DNA from: an uncultured Elusimicrobia bacterium
Lineage (GTDB): Bacteria > Elusimicrobiota > Elusimicrobia > FEN-1173
DNA: 64,000 bases
Direction: 5' to 3'
NCBI GenBank assembly: GCA_964482515.1
Contig: CAYZXT010000006.1
Span: 28,521-92,520 of the forward strand
The notes beneath the pieces were generated by a model that was not told the origin of the DNA, ran no database searches, and worked only from the letters and a program-made list of their open reading frames with translations. Of this stretch, positions 50,957-59,944 are shown piece after piece. Within the stretch, counting starts at the first letter, position 1. Each line of letters opens with the position of its first letter. The translations under genes and the position numbers were made by a program.

Positions 50957-53197
50957 TCATTCCCCTTCCCGCAGAAAAGCCTCCGGGATCCAGTAGCCGT
51001 TCTGGGGACGCCAGCCGTTCTCGCGGGAAAGCGTCCGGAAGAAGACGTCCCGCAGGTCCTGGACGCGCTTCGCGCCTTCCCGCATGACGGCGAAGTCCGT
51101 CTCGCCGTTGGAATCCGCCCCGAAGTGGTACAGCTCGTAACGAACGGACGGGCGCGTGGGGACATAGACCAAGCGCTCCTGGCCCAGCTGCACCATGCGG
51201 TGCCGGGCCATCATGACGATGTCCGCGTATTCCGGCTTCAACCGCAGATAGCCGCCGCGCCAAAAATCAAATTCCACCATGAGCGGGACCGGCGGATAGG
51301 GCAGGCGCTGCTTTTGATAGAAGCCGCCGTCGAAAGGCGACGCCCAAATCCCGGTCTCCGAATAGGCCGCGAAATATTCGTCCGCCTCGCCGCCGAAATC
51401 CCGCTCCGTGAGCGGATATCCCTCCATCTCCAGCGGCGCGGCCAGGTTCAGCAGGGAGAGGAGCGTCGGCGCCGCGTCCACGCCGCGCACCGGCTCGGAG
51501 ACGACCCGCGCCGGCATGCGGTGCCTCGGGTCCTGGAAGACCAGCGGCGCCTCGACCACTTCCCGCCCGCGCAGATGGTTGCCGTGGCCCTGACCGAGAC
51601 CCCGTTCAAAGAGCTGCTCGCCATAGGGAGACCATAGAACCACGATGGTCTTATCGGTCATTCCGTTTTTTTTCAGAGCGTCCAAAACCCGGCCCACGGC
51701 CGCGTCCACGGCGCGGACGTTGTTCTCGTAAAGCTCCCGCACGCGCTCCCGGTCCGCGGGAGAAAAACGCGCCCGCGCGCCGGCGGCCATGGGCATCATG
51801 TAGCGGCATGACCCTCTATAACGGTTGTGCATCACGTCGCCCGCCAGGGACGAGGACAGGGCGTAGGGCTCCCGCAGCGCGGAGAAATAGACCGTGAGGA
51901 AAAATTTGTCCTTGAACCGCAGCCTCGCCAGACGTGCTTCGGCCTCCTGAGCCAGCAACATCGGGTCGGACAATTCGGCCAACCCCCGCAAGGACGGGAA
52001 TGCCTGCCGCCCCCAATACCCGGAAAAATAGGGCAGCAAATGGACCTGCCGCTTGAAGGCGCGCTGGCGGAACAGCGAGCCGGCCCGCGCGTCCGGCGCC
52101 CGCACGCGGTGGAACGATTCCCGGACGCGCCCGAAGAAATTCCCCCCGAAGTCCGCCACCGCCTCCGTCCAATAACCTTCTTTGTTCAAACGGACGGGGA
52201 TCCCTTCGGCGCCCAGGCCCAGTTCGTCCGGCGAGGGGAACGCGTCGCGCACGCCGTGGGTGAAGGGCGAAAGCCCGGTGAAGAACGTCATCAGCGAGGG
52301 ATAGTTCCGCGCCAGCGGCGGCACGCAGGACGTGAAGGTCCGGCTCTGCGCGGCCAGTTCCGCGATGCGCGGCGCCAGCGGTTTTCCGTCCCGCTGCGCG
52401 GAGATCATATCGGAACGGAATGAATCCACCATCAGGACCAATACGTTGGACCCCTGGTTGCGGCGGGCCTGCAGGCGGAACACACCCCACACCCCTCCGA
52501 TGAAAACCGCCAGGAAAACCACCGCCACCAACCCGCCGAAACGCACGGGCGGGCGGAGCGCCTTCAGCCAGCGGACGAAACGCCGGACGATTTCCACGCA
52601 GGCCGCGGCCAGGAAGAGATACGCCGTCCATGTGTAGGCGGACAGCATCCAAACCGGGCAGATGTCCGTCACAAATATCTGCTGGAAGCGGAAGAAAAAG
52701 CCCCGCTCTAAAAAAGCTTCCTGATAAAGCGCCGGATGGCGGAACATGTCCCCCGTGAGGAAAGCGCCGTGGAGCCAGAATATCCCGAGGGCCGTGGCCG
52801 CGATGCGGGCGCCCCGCGAAAGGCGGTGGCGGTCCGCCGCGGGCCAGAACTCCCCGAGCAGGATCCAGACGTTCCGCCAAACGACGCCCCAGAACATCCC
52901 CAGCAGGACGTGCAAGACAAACAGGACGAAGTGGAACAGCGCGCGCTGAAGGAGGAACATGTCCTCGGGCAGCGGGACATAACTCAATCCCTCAAAACCG
53001 AAGAGTCGCCCGGGCCCCGACTGCCACCGGGAGAAAAGATAAAGCGCCACGCCGACGCCGGCGCCGACGCGGGACTCCAGGGAGCGGGCCGACTCCTTCT
53101 CGATCCATTGCGCGGCTTCCCATCCGCCGGAGACGATCCAGCGGCTGAAGATTTCGCGCAGGATTTTTCGGGCGCGCGGCCAGCGGTCAGGGTTCAT
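50957..53197 (-). CDS. membrane-anchored sulfatase/alkaline-phosphatase-superfamily protein (LtaS/phosphoglycerol-transferase-like)
   Basis: The ~260-aa multi-TM N-terminus is followed by NVLVLMVDSFRSDMIS (metal-binding/nucleophile strand) and ...GHGNHL... Confidence 0.7.
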   Translation of the reverse strand: MNPDRWPRARKILREIFSRWIVSGGWEAAQWIEKESARSLESRVGAGVGVALYLFSRWQSGPGRLFGFEGLSYVPLPEDMFLLQRALFHFVLFVLHVLLGMFWGVVWRNVWILLGEFWPAADRHRLSRGARIAATALGIFWLHGAFLTGDMFRHPALYQEAFLERGFFFRFQQIFVTDICPVWMLSAYTWTAYLFLAAACVEIVRRFVRWLKALRPPVRFGGLVAVVFLAVFIGGVWGVFRLQARRNQGSNVLVLMVDSFRSDMISAQRDGKPLAPRIAELAAQSRTFTSCVPPLARNYPSLMTFFTGLSPFTHGVRDAFPSPDELGLGAEGIPVRLNKEGYWTEAVADFGGNFFGRVRESFHRVRAPDARAGSLFRQRAFKRQVHLLPYFSGYWGRQAFPSLRGLAELSDPMLLAQEAEARLARLRFKDKFFLTVYFSALREPYALSSSLAGDVMHNRYRGSCRYMMPMAAGARARFSPADRERVRELYENNVRAVDAAVGRVLDALKKNGMTDKTIVVLWSPYGEQLFERGLGQGHGNHLRGREVVEAPLVFQDPRHRMPARVVSEPVRGVDAAPTLLSLLNLAAPLEMEGYPLTERDFGGEADEYFAAYSETGIWASPFDGGFYQKQRLPYPPVPLMVEFDFWRGGYLRLKPEYADIVMMARHRMVQLGQERLVYVPTRPSVRYELYHFGADSNGETDFAVMREGAKRVQDLRDVFFRTLSRENGWRPQNGYWIPEAFLREGE

Positions 53198-55643
53198 CGA
53201 GCGGGTCCCCCTTTCCTTGCCGTTGGCCGGCCTCCGTGGTCTTCAAGAGGGGGTCGGCCCAGAGCGTCCGGTCCGCGGCCGACGACGGATTTTCCCACAC
53301 GGTGGGGCTCGCGGACGAAGGGCGGCGCCCGATGAACAACAGCGGCCCCTCGTCCCCGGGAGACGGCGACGCGGAGCCTTCCATCCACGGGAAATTGTTG
53401 TAGTCGTACCATTCCACGCCGCGGCGCTCCAGGAAAGGCAGCCGGTACCGGGAGAAAAGCAGCTGGTCATTGGAGAGATATTTTTCGTTCACGCGCACCT
53501 GCATGACGTAGGAAATGGACGGTGGCCAAGTTTCAAAGCGGACCTCGCCCGTCGACGCGTTCAGCGTGAAAGAATATTCATAGGCGCCGGTGCGCGCGGA
53601 CTCCCCTGAGGAATGGAAGGAGCGGAACTGTCCGCCCGGAAGGCGGATGGAGCCGCGGACCGGCTGTCCCTTCAGGTCCCAAAAAACCAGTCTCGTCTCC
53701 AGCGGATCCGGATCGACTTCGTCCATCACGCGCCGCGTCAGGCTCAGCAGGTTGCGCTCCCGGTAGATAAGGTTGCGCGTTTCGCCCGGGTCCGCCCAAA
53801 TATCATACAGCTCTTCCCGGCCGTCGGGCATCCGCAAAATCTCCTCGCCCCATAATCCGCGCAGCTCCGTTTCGGCGGAACGTTCGCGCCGGACGTATTT
53901 ATAATGCCCTTCCGTCAGCAGGGACTTGGCGCCGTGGGCGTAGGTCAGGATCGGAAGGGCCTGCTCCTGGTCCGTGGGCTTCAGCGACAGGGAAAACGTC
54001 GAGCCTTGGAAGGTCCCCGGCGACGGCAATCCGAGGAGGGCCAGGAAAGTCGGGGCCGCGTCCAGGAGCTGCGTCGGCTTGTGAAAAATCCGCCCGGGCG
54101 GCAAATTGCGGTGCTTCAAAATCCAGACGGCGTGAATTTCTTCCTCCGTCAAATGGATCCCCTCCGCCGGGACGAAGCGCCAAAGCGCGCGGCCCGTGGA
54201 CGCCGAAACCATGGGACGCGGCGAGAAAACGGCGCCCCGGGTCGACATCGCCGAGACAAGACTGCGTTCGCCCAGATTGAAATCCTGCAAAAACTGGAGG
54301 AAGCGTCCGAGATATTCGTCAATGTATGACAGCTGCGCGCGCCGGCGCCATAAATCCAGATCCCCCCGGTCCCGCGGGAATCCATCGAACCCGCGGCCCC
54401 AATAGCGGAGCGGGGGTGGAGAATCCGGCGCGGCCTCTCCCGCATAGACCAAGAGGAAAAACGGCTCTTCCCCCTCATGCGCGGCCAACCAATTCTCCGC
54501 GGCCTGAAAGGTCTGGGCCGTGTCGTAGCCGGACGGCGCGAAAGCGTGGACTTCGTCGAAATTCCAGTCCACGCCCGGGCCGGGGTTGTCCGTCATGAAC
54601 CCCAAGGGACCCATGGCCACGGTGCGATAACCCGCCTCCCGCAAGACGGTCACCAGGCTCGCGGGCGCGTTCGCGTAAAAACGGTCGCGCTCCGCAGCGC
54701 CGGGGCTGGACGCCCGCGCCGCTTCGCCGATCTGGCTGATCCGGCGCGACGTCAACAGGCTCGGCAGGGCGAAGCGCGGCGATACGGCGTTGGTGTAGAA
54801 CCGTTGGTAGTCGACCCCCTGGCGGGCCAGGGAATCGAAAGACGCGAGAGTATGCCGCGCGGCGCCGTGGGCCCCCATTTCGTCCGCGCGCAACGAATTC
54901 AAAACGATCAGTACGACGGAGTCACGCGGAGGATTTTTCTTCGGCCGGGGGACCCAAAGGAGGGGCTCCGCCCAAAAGGCGTGGACTGAATCCGCCGAAA
55001 CGCCGTCGTCCCCCGCGGCCTCCGCGTGGAAACGCAGTTTCACGGAGCGTCCGCTGATCTTTTTAAGGTCGATCTCCGCGGCGGGCCAATGGGCCTCGGC
55101 TTCGCGCTGCGACAAGGCGGGCGACGGCGGCAGCCATTTTTTCCAGCGGGGGTCCTGGAACGGTTCGTGGGAAAATATTTCCTGGTCGAACAATCTCTCC
55201 ACGCCGCCGCCCGCCACGACCGCGTCCACGGTGAAACGCAACCGGCCGGGGACCGGCCCTTCGGCAAGCACTCCGCAATGGAACGTCAATACAGCCGAAG
55301 TGGGAACGAAGACGTCGAATTCGTAGGTCGAAGGAGCGGGAGCGTAGAGCGCGCGACGGCGGATGAAGCTTTCGGGAGGGTGGCCCAGGGACACCTGGAC
55401 GACGCGGGGAGATTGGTTGGCGGAAGGACGGGCGTTGGCCCAGGGATTCTTCGCCAACCGCGACGCGGACGCGCTGAAATCGTCCGTCGAAAGCCGGGCT
55501 TCGGAAGCCCTCTGCAGGAAATCATAGGCGGCCGTTCGGCGGGGCTTTGCCAGGGGTTCCGGAGAATGGGCCGGCAGCCGCTTATCGTTGGGCCAGAGGA
55601 CCGCCAGTCCGTAAGCCAGTCCGAGGGCCGCGGCCACGCTCAA
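53187..55643 (-). CDS. sulfatase/alkaline-phosphatase-superfamily protein, N-terminally anchored, with extra beta-rich domains
   Basis: SVVLIVLNSLRADEMGAHGAARHTLASFDSLARQGV is a sulfatase N-terminal strand. TTG start; the TM helix continues upstream, so the start is uncertain. It overlaps the downstream paralog by 11 nt. Confidence 0.7.
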   Translation of the reverse strand: MSVAAALGLAYGLAVLWPNDKRLPAHSPEPLAKPRRTAAYDFLQRASEARLSTDDFSASASRLAKNPWANARPSANQSPRVVQVSLGHPPESFIRRRALYAPAPSTYEFDVFVPTSAVLTFHCGVLAEGPVPGRLRFTVDAVVAGGGVERLFDQEIFSHEPFQDPRWKKWLPPSPALSQREAEAHWPAAEIDLKKISGRSVKLRFHAEAAGDDGVSADSVHAFWAEPLLWVPRPKKNPPRDSVVLIVLNSLRADEMGAHGAARHTLASFDSLARQGVDYQRFYTNAVSPRFALPSLLTSRRISQIGEAARASSPGAAERDRFYANAPASLVTVLREAGYRTVAMGPLGFMTDNPGPGVDWNFDEVHAFAPSGYDTAQTFQAAENWLAAHEGEEPFFLLVYAGEAAPDSPPPLRYWGRGFDGFPRDRGDLDLWRRRAQLSYIDEYLGRFLQFLQDFNLGERSLVSAMSTRGAVFSPRPMVSASTGRALWRFVPAEGIHLTEEEIHAVWILKHRNLPPGRIFHKPTQLLDAAPTFLALLGLPSPGTFQGSTFSLSLKPTDQEQALPILTYAHGAKSLLTEGHYKYVRRERSAETELRGLWGEEILRMPDGREELYDIWADPGETRNLIYRERNLLSLTRRVMDEVDPDPLETRLVFWDLKGQPVRGSIRLPGGQFRSFHSSGESARTGAYEYSFTLNASTGEVRFETWPPSISYVMQVRVNEKYLSNDQLLFSRYRLPFLERRGVEWYDYNNFPWMEGSASPSPGDEGPLLFIGRRPSSASPTVWENPSSAADRTLWADPLLKTTEAGQRQGKGDPLDEP

Positions 55644-55714
55644 GAACGCGGCGATCCGCCAGCCCCAGCGGGCCGGCGAAACTGCGGGTCGGGAGGCGGA
55701 GCGGGACGATGGTT

Positions 55715-56212
55715 TCAGCGGAAGTTGGTGAACTGAAGGGCCACGCCGAAATCGCCGCTCCGGAGCACGTTCATCGCGGCCTGGAGGTCGTCCTTGGACC
55801 GGCTCGTCACGCGCACCTGGTCCGCCTGGATGGAAGGCGTCACTTTGATTTTCGAATCCTTGATCGCCTTGACCATCTCCTTCGCCTTCTCCGATGAGAT
55901 GCCCTGCGTGATCTTGGCGACCTGCCGGACCGTGGCGCCGAGGGCGACCTCGAGCTTCTGGAAATCGAAGGACTTCAGGGAGATCCCCTGCTTCACGGAG
56001 CGGGACTGGAAGATGTCGATCACGCTTTTGAGCTTGCCTTCGTTGTCCGAGTAAAAGGTGACGGTGTTTTCTTTTTTATCCAATTCCAGCCGGCTGACGC
56101 TTCCTTTGAAATCGAAGCGCGTGGTGATCTCCCGGTTCGCCGTGTTGACCGCGTTGTCCACCGCCTGCAAATCCACTTTTGAAGTAACGTCGAACGAAAA
56201 TTCCTGCGCCAT
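55715..56212 (-). CDS. yajQ: YajQ-family (UPF0234) nucleotide-binding protein
   Basis: MAQEFSFDVTSKVDLQAVDNAVNTANREITTRFDFKG...VQADQVRVTSRSKDDLQ. The start at MAQEF is preceded by AAGGAGGA. Confidence 0.85.
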   Translation of the reverse strand: MAQEFSFDVTSKVDLQAVDNAVNTANREITTRFDFKGSVSRLELDKKENTVTFYSDNEGKLKSVIDIFQSRSVKQGISLKSFDFQKLEVALGATVRQVAKITQGISSEKAKEMVKAIKDSKIKVTPSIQADQVRVTSRSKDDLQAAMNVLRSGDFGVALQFTNFR

Positions 56213-56322
56213 TCCATCCTCCTTTGTTCGCCATCCAATAATCAATCATTGATTTTATTTTAACTTGTTTGCTCGCGCCTGCCTACCTGGACGCCCGCTC
56301 AGCCAATAGATATCATCTTCCC

Positions 56323-56577
56323 ATGCCGGACATCCCACTCAAGCAACCGGAACCCGTCGTCCTGCGGATTGAAAAGCGCGTCGGCAAAACCGTCACGATC
56401 ATCGACGGACTTCGCATGCACCCTGACGGTAAATTGGAGCTGTTGTCCAAATTCAAAAAACGCTGCGGCGCCGGCGGGACGCTCAAAGAAGGCAAACCGG
56501 AAATACAGGGCGACCAAAGAACCATCCTCAAAGCCGAGCTGGAAAAACTTGGCTACCGCGTCAAAATCGGAAACTGA
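56323..56577 (+). CDS. yciH: SUI1/YciH-family translation initiation factor
   Basis: VVLRIEKRVGKTVTIIDGL...LLSKFKKRCGAGGTLKEGKPEIQGDQRTILKAELEKLGYRVK. Confidence 0.85.
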   Translation: MPDIPLKQPEPVVLRIEKRVGKTVTIIDGLRMHPDGKLELLSKFKKRCGAGGTLKEGKPEIQGDQRTILKAELEKLGYRVKIGN

Positions 56578-56668
56578 TTCCCCGTAAAATCAATATCCTG
56601 ACCCTCGCCAAAACACGAGGGCGAATGCACTCGGCTGGTCCAGTGGGCCGGCCTCCGTGCATACGACA

Positions 56669-56720
56669 AGAACCCCGTTCTCCCCATGCACGAAATCGTG
56701 GCAGGGAAGAACAGGGTTCT
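56669..56720. other. long imperfect hairpin in a 233-nt convergent intergenic region
   Basis: AGAACCCCGTTCTCCCC (56669-56685) pairs with GGGAAGAACAGGGTTCT (56704-56720) at 15 of 17 positions. The loop contains a nested CACG-AAAT-CGTG hairpin. Confidence 0.5.
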
Positions 56721-56810
56721 GTGTTTAAAGCGGCGCGGAATCGAATCTTCGGCGGCGTGAAGTGAAACGGGTTGCGCGAAGACGCCGGTCCCGACGCTAG
56801 GGGGCTAAAA

Positions 56811-57032
56811 TTAACGGCGGACCATTTTAGCGCGAGAGATATCCCCTTGCTTATCGAGGAAATACAGGAAGCCTTCCTCTTTCTTGATCCCCGCTTTGGA
56901 GACCTTCTGAGGCTTGCCACCTTTCTTCCCCCCGCGGGCCATCTTCGCCCGGGAGACATCGCCCTGCTTATCAATGAAGTAGAGGAACCCTTCTTCGCGT
57001 TTCACTCCGACTTTAGCGACTTTCTGTGCCAT
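56811..57032 (-). CDS. small basic protein made of two tandem ~30-aa repeats
   Basis: KVAKVGVKREEGFLYFIDKQGDVSRAKMAR / KVSKAGIKKEEGFLYFLDKQGDISRAKMVR, joined by GGKKGGKPQ. Confidence 0.6.
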   Translation of the reverse strand: MAQKVAKVGVKREEGFLYFIDKQGDVSRAKMARGGKKGGKPQKVSKAGIKKEEGFLYFLDKQGDISRAKMVRR

Positions 57033-57122
57033 TTTGTTTCACCCCCTTTCATTAATGGGTCTACCGACGTAAATCTGCAGACACTTTATTTATTTTGTGA
57101 CGGAAAAGCAAGCAACGGAAAA

Positions 57123-57371
57123 TTATTTTCCGTTGGAGACGGTTTTTCCTCCGTCGAAAAGCGGCATCTGGGCTTCCTGCGGCAGCGTGATCAGTTGTTC
57201 CCGCAGCCATGAGTCGACGACTTCCTTGGAGAAACGATACTGGCGGCCAATGCGAGAGGCGGGAATTTTCCGCTGACGGATCAATCCATATATCTTGGAC
57301 TTGCCGATGCCCAAATAGTCGGCGAGCTCCTTGATGTCCATCACTTCCTTGAACTTTCCGTCTTGTGCCAT
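57123..57371 (-). CDS. excisionase/MerR-type helix-turn-helix DNA-binding protein (HTH_17-like)
   Basis: MDIKELADYLGIGKSKIYGLIRQRKIPASRIGRQYRFSKEVVDSWL. Confidence 0.7.
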   Translation of the reverse strand: MAQDGKFKEVMDIKELADYLGIGKSKIYGLIRQRKIPASRIGRQYRFSKEVVDSWLREQLITLPQEAQMPLFDGGKTVSNGK

Positions 57372-57580
57372 GTTTTATCACCAACAGCTTTCTGTAGCCA
57401 TCGATCTTCATACTATCTAAACATCCTTTTCCTGTCAAGCAAACCGGAATGATTCGTAAAAATACTTTCTTGATCCTCCCCCTGTCGCCGTCCGTGAATT
57501 AATTGTAATATCAATAATTATAATTATTGCTTACGTTCAGACGTTTAGCGGACGATGGGCGATCTTCGAAAGGGACTACA

Positions 57581-58528
57581 ATGCGAAAAAAAATCACGGT
57601 GGTAGGGGCCGGCAACGTCGGCGCCACATTGGCCCAGCGGTTGGCTGAAATGGACTTGGCGGACGTCGTCATGGTGGACATTCCGCAAACGGAAGGGATG
57701 CCCGCCGGCAAGGCGCTGGACATCTCAGAGTCCGCCCCCATTTATGGGTACGACGCGCGTGTGACCGGCGCCACGAATTATGGTCCGACCGAAAATTCCG
57801 ACATCGTGGTGATCACCGCCGGCATCCCCCGCAAACCCGGGATGAGCCGCGACGATTTGCTTAACACCAATGCGGGGATCGTGAAATCCGTGTCCGAGCA
57901 GATCGCCAAGACGTCCCCGAAAGCCATTCTCATCATCGTCTCCAACCCATTGGACGCCATGGCTTACGTGGCCTTAAAAACCACGGGTTTTCCGCGCGAA
58001 CGCGTCATCGGGATGGCCGGCGTGCTGGATTCGGCCCGCATGGCCACCTTTGTGGCTGAAGCATTGCAGGTGTCCGTTGAAGACGTTCAGCCGACTGTTT
58101 TGGGCGGCCACGGCGACACAATGGTCCCCGTGACGCGATACACGACCGTCGCAGGAGTTCCGGTGACGGAATTGATCCCGAAAGACAAACTGGACGCCAT
58201 CGTCCAACGAACCCGGGACGGCGGCGCCGAGATCGTCAAGCTGCTTAAAACCGGTTCTGCCTATTACGCTCCGTCGGCCAGCGTCGCCGCCATGGTTGAG
58301 TCGATCTTGAAGGACAAGAAACGCATCCTCCCCTGCGCCGTGTATCTGGACGGCGAGTACGGCATGAAGGGGGTTTTCCTCGGGGTTCCGACGAAGTTGG
58401 GCGCCAAGGGGATCGAACAGGTCGTCCAGATTTCTCTTAACGCCGACGAGAAAACCGCGTTGCAGAAATCGGGGGACGCGGTAAACGAATTGGTTGAAGC
58501 GATGCGCCGACTCGGCGTCGTCGCCTAA
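57581..58528 (+). CDS. mdh: malate dehydrogenase (LDH-like MDH family)
   Basis: [15 protein letters not shown]...[26 protein letters not shown]...SNPLDAM...GGHGDTMVP. Start at MRKK. Confidence 0.93.
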   Translation: MRKKITVVGAGNVGATLAQRLAEMDLADVVMVDIPQTEGMPAGKALDISESAPIYGYDARVTGATNYGPTENSDIVVITAGIPRKPGMSRDDLLNTNAGIVKSVSEQIAKTSPKAILIIVSNPLDAMAYVALKTTGFPRERVIGMAGVLDSARMATFVAEALQVSVEDVQPTVLGGHGDTMVPVTRYTTVAGVPVTELIPKDKLDAIVQRTRDGGAEIVKLLKTGSAYYAPSASVAAMVESILKDKKRILPCAVYLDGEYGMKGVFLGVPTKLGAKGIEQVVQISLNADEKTALQKSGDAVNELVEAMRRLGVVA

Positions 58529-58670
58529 GGATCGGTCTTTTTTTCAATTCGTACTCCTTCGCGGTCTTGAATCGCGCGAAGGGGCGGGTGAAGCGGCGGG
58601 AACAAGGGCCATGGCGTTCGTCATTTATGTTCGTCGCGAGCGCTCTGCGGCCTCAACATGGCGGGGGGAA

Positions 58671-58886
58671 ATGCCAATGACCACCGAACGGTTGCAATGT
58701 GGTAAACGGGAATACATCCTGGAATCCAGGATCACCAAGAACGGCCATCGTTACATCATGATCACGGAAAAGAGCTCGGGACGATCATCCAAAGTCATCG
58801 TCTTTCACGACCATTATGAAGTGTTCCGTGAAGCGATTGAACGCACCATGGTCGCGGAGCCGCTGCCGGCGGATTCATCCGTCTAA
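58671..58886 (+). CDS. small PUR-alpha-like (DUF3276-type) nucleic-acid-binding protein, tentative
   Basis: ERLQCGKREYILESRITKNGHRYIMITEKSSGRSSKVIVFHDHYEVFREAIE follows the PUR repeat pattern (GKRxYxxD/E...G.YxxITE...xxIxxxxxxxxxF). GGGGGA precedes the ATG at 58671. Confidence 0.4.
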   Translation: MPMTTERLQCGKREYILESRITKNGHRYIMITEKSSGRSSKVIVFHDHYEVFREAIERTMVAEPLPADSSV

Positions 58887-58970
58887 GCGCCGTATTTGCG
58901 GATCATCCCCGCGGCGGCCGGCCGTGGGGATGGGGTTTCTTTCACCGACGATTTGATCGTTTTTCCTTTT

Positions 58971-59762
58971 ATGCTCCTCACCATTGATATCGGCAATACA
59001 AACATCGTGCTGGGCGTCTTTCAATTTTCACAGGGACGGCCCAAAAAAGATCTGACGGCATCCTGGCGTCTTTCCACGGCGCCGCGGTGCACGGCGGACG
59101 ATTACGCCTCCCCGCTTTTGACCCTCATGCGGAACACCGGATTGAATCCTTCCCTCGTCCGGGGAGTCTGCGTCGCCAGCGTGGTTCCTTCCCTGGACTT
59201 CGCCTTCCAAAAACTTTCCGAGAAATACTTCGACATCCACCCGCTCATGGTCGGGCCGGACACGCGAACGGGAATCAAAATCCTCTATGCCAACCCGGCC
59301 GAAGTCGGCGCCGACCGGATCGTGAACGCGGTCGCCGCCTACGAGCGGGTCCACGGCTCCTGCATCGTGGTGGATTTCGGAACGGCGACGACTTTCGACT
59401 GCCTGGGGCGTCGGGGAGAGTATTTGGGCGGAGCCATCGCCCCCGGACCTTTCATGGCGGCCGAAGCCCTGGCCCAAAAAACAGCCAAACTGCCCCAGTT
59501 GGGAATCCTCCAAAAACCGCGGAAAGCCGTAGGGCGGACCACCCTTGACAGTCTTCGATCCGGGTTATACCACGGCTATATTGGCCTCACGGAGGGCATC
59601 CTGAGGCAGCTTGTGAAAGAAATGGGCACGCGTCCCAGGGTCCTTGCCACCGGCGGATTGGCGGGTCTTCTCTCCCCGGCCGTTCCGATTATAAAAGAAG
59701 TCCACCCCGACCTAACCCTGGAAGGATTACGGCTTATTTGGATGCGCAATCAACACTCATAA
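58971..59762 (+). CDS. coaX: type III pantothenate kinase
   Basis: MLLTIDIGNTNIVLGVF, ...EVGADRIVNAVAA..., VVDFGTATTFD, ...GG... Confidence 0.9.
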   Translation: MLLTIDIGNTNIVLGVFQFSQGRPKKDLTASWRLSTAPRCTADDYASPLLTLMRNTGLNPSLVRGVCVASVVPSLDFAFQKLSEKYFDIHPLMVGPDTRTGIKILYANPAEVGADRIVNAVAAYERVHGSCIVVDFGTATTFDCLGRRGEYLGGAIAPGPFMAAEALAQKTAKLPQLGILQKPRKAVGRTTLDSLRSGLYHGYIGLTEGILRQLVKEMGTRPRVLATGGLAGLLSPAVPIIKEVHPDLTLEGLRLIWMRNQHS

Positions 59763-59855
59763 GGAATTAAAATCGCTGTTAATCAATTATTTCTTGGATC
59801 TTACCTTTCTATTTTCATCAAAAATCAACTATTTGATCGGTTAATATGTGTATTT

Positions 59856-59921
59856 TGTGGGCAACTCTGTGGGCAACTGGGACAAATTAATCGTTTCCTG
59901 CATTATAATGCATTTATAATG
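59856..59921 (+). promoter_or_regulatory. direct-repeat operator-like elements and duplicated TATAAT boxes upstream of the DUF523/DUF1722 gene
   Basis: TGTGGGCAACT occurs twice in tandem (59856-59866 and 59868-59878). CATTATAATG / CATTTATAATG lie at 59901-59921, ~25 nt before the ATG at 59945. Confidence 0.4.
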
Positions 59922-59944
59922 TCAAATAGAGGCAAAAGCACCCG

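Noticed and set aside
49877-51637. + strand ORFs 49877-50656 and 50768-51637; minus alternative frames 50061-50819, 51816-52880, 62882-63913, 23919-24833, 20491-21024
   Set aside because: Shadow or alternative-frame ORFs over genes with clear motif support in another frame.
56737-56747. GGAATCGAATC as the T-loop of a tRNA or tmRNA
   Set aside because: The flanking bases do not form a T-stem, and no acceptor, D or anticodon arms can be drawn on either strand.
57123-57371. Excisionase-type HTH gene as a marker of a prophage or integrative element
   Set aside because: There is no integrase, no att-like flanking repeats and no phage genes nearby. A lone HTH regulator is the simpler reading.
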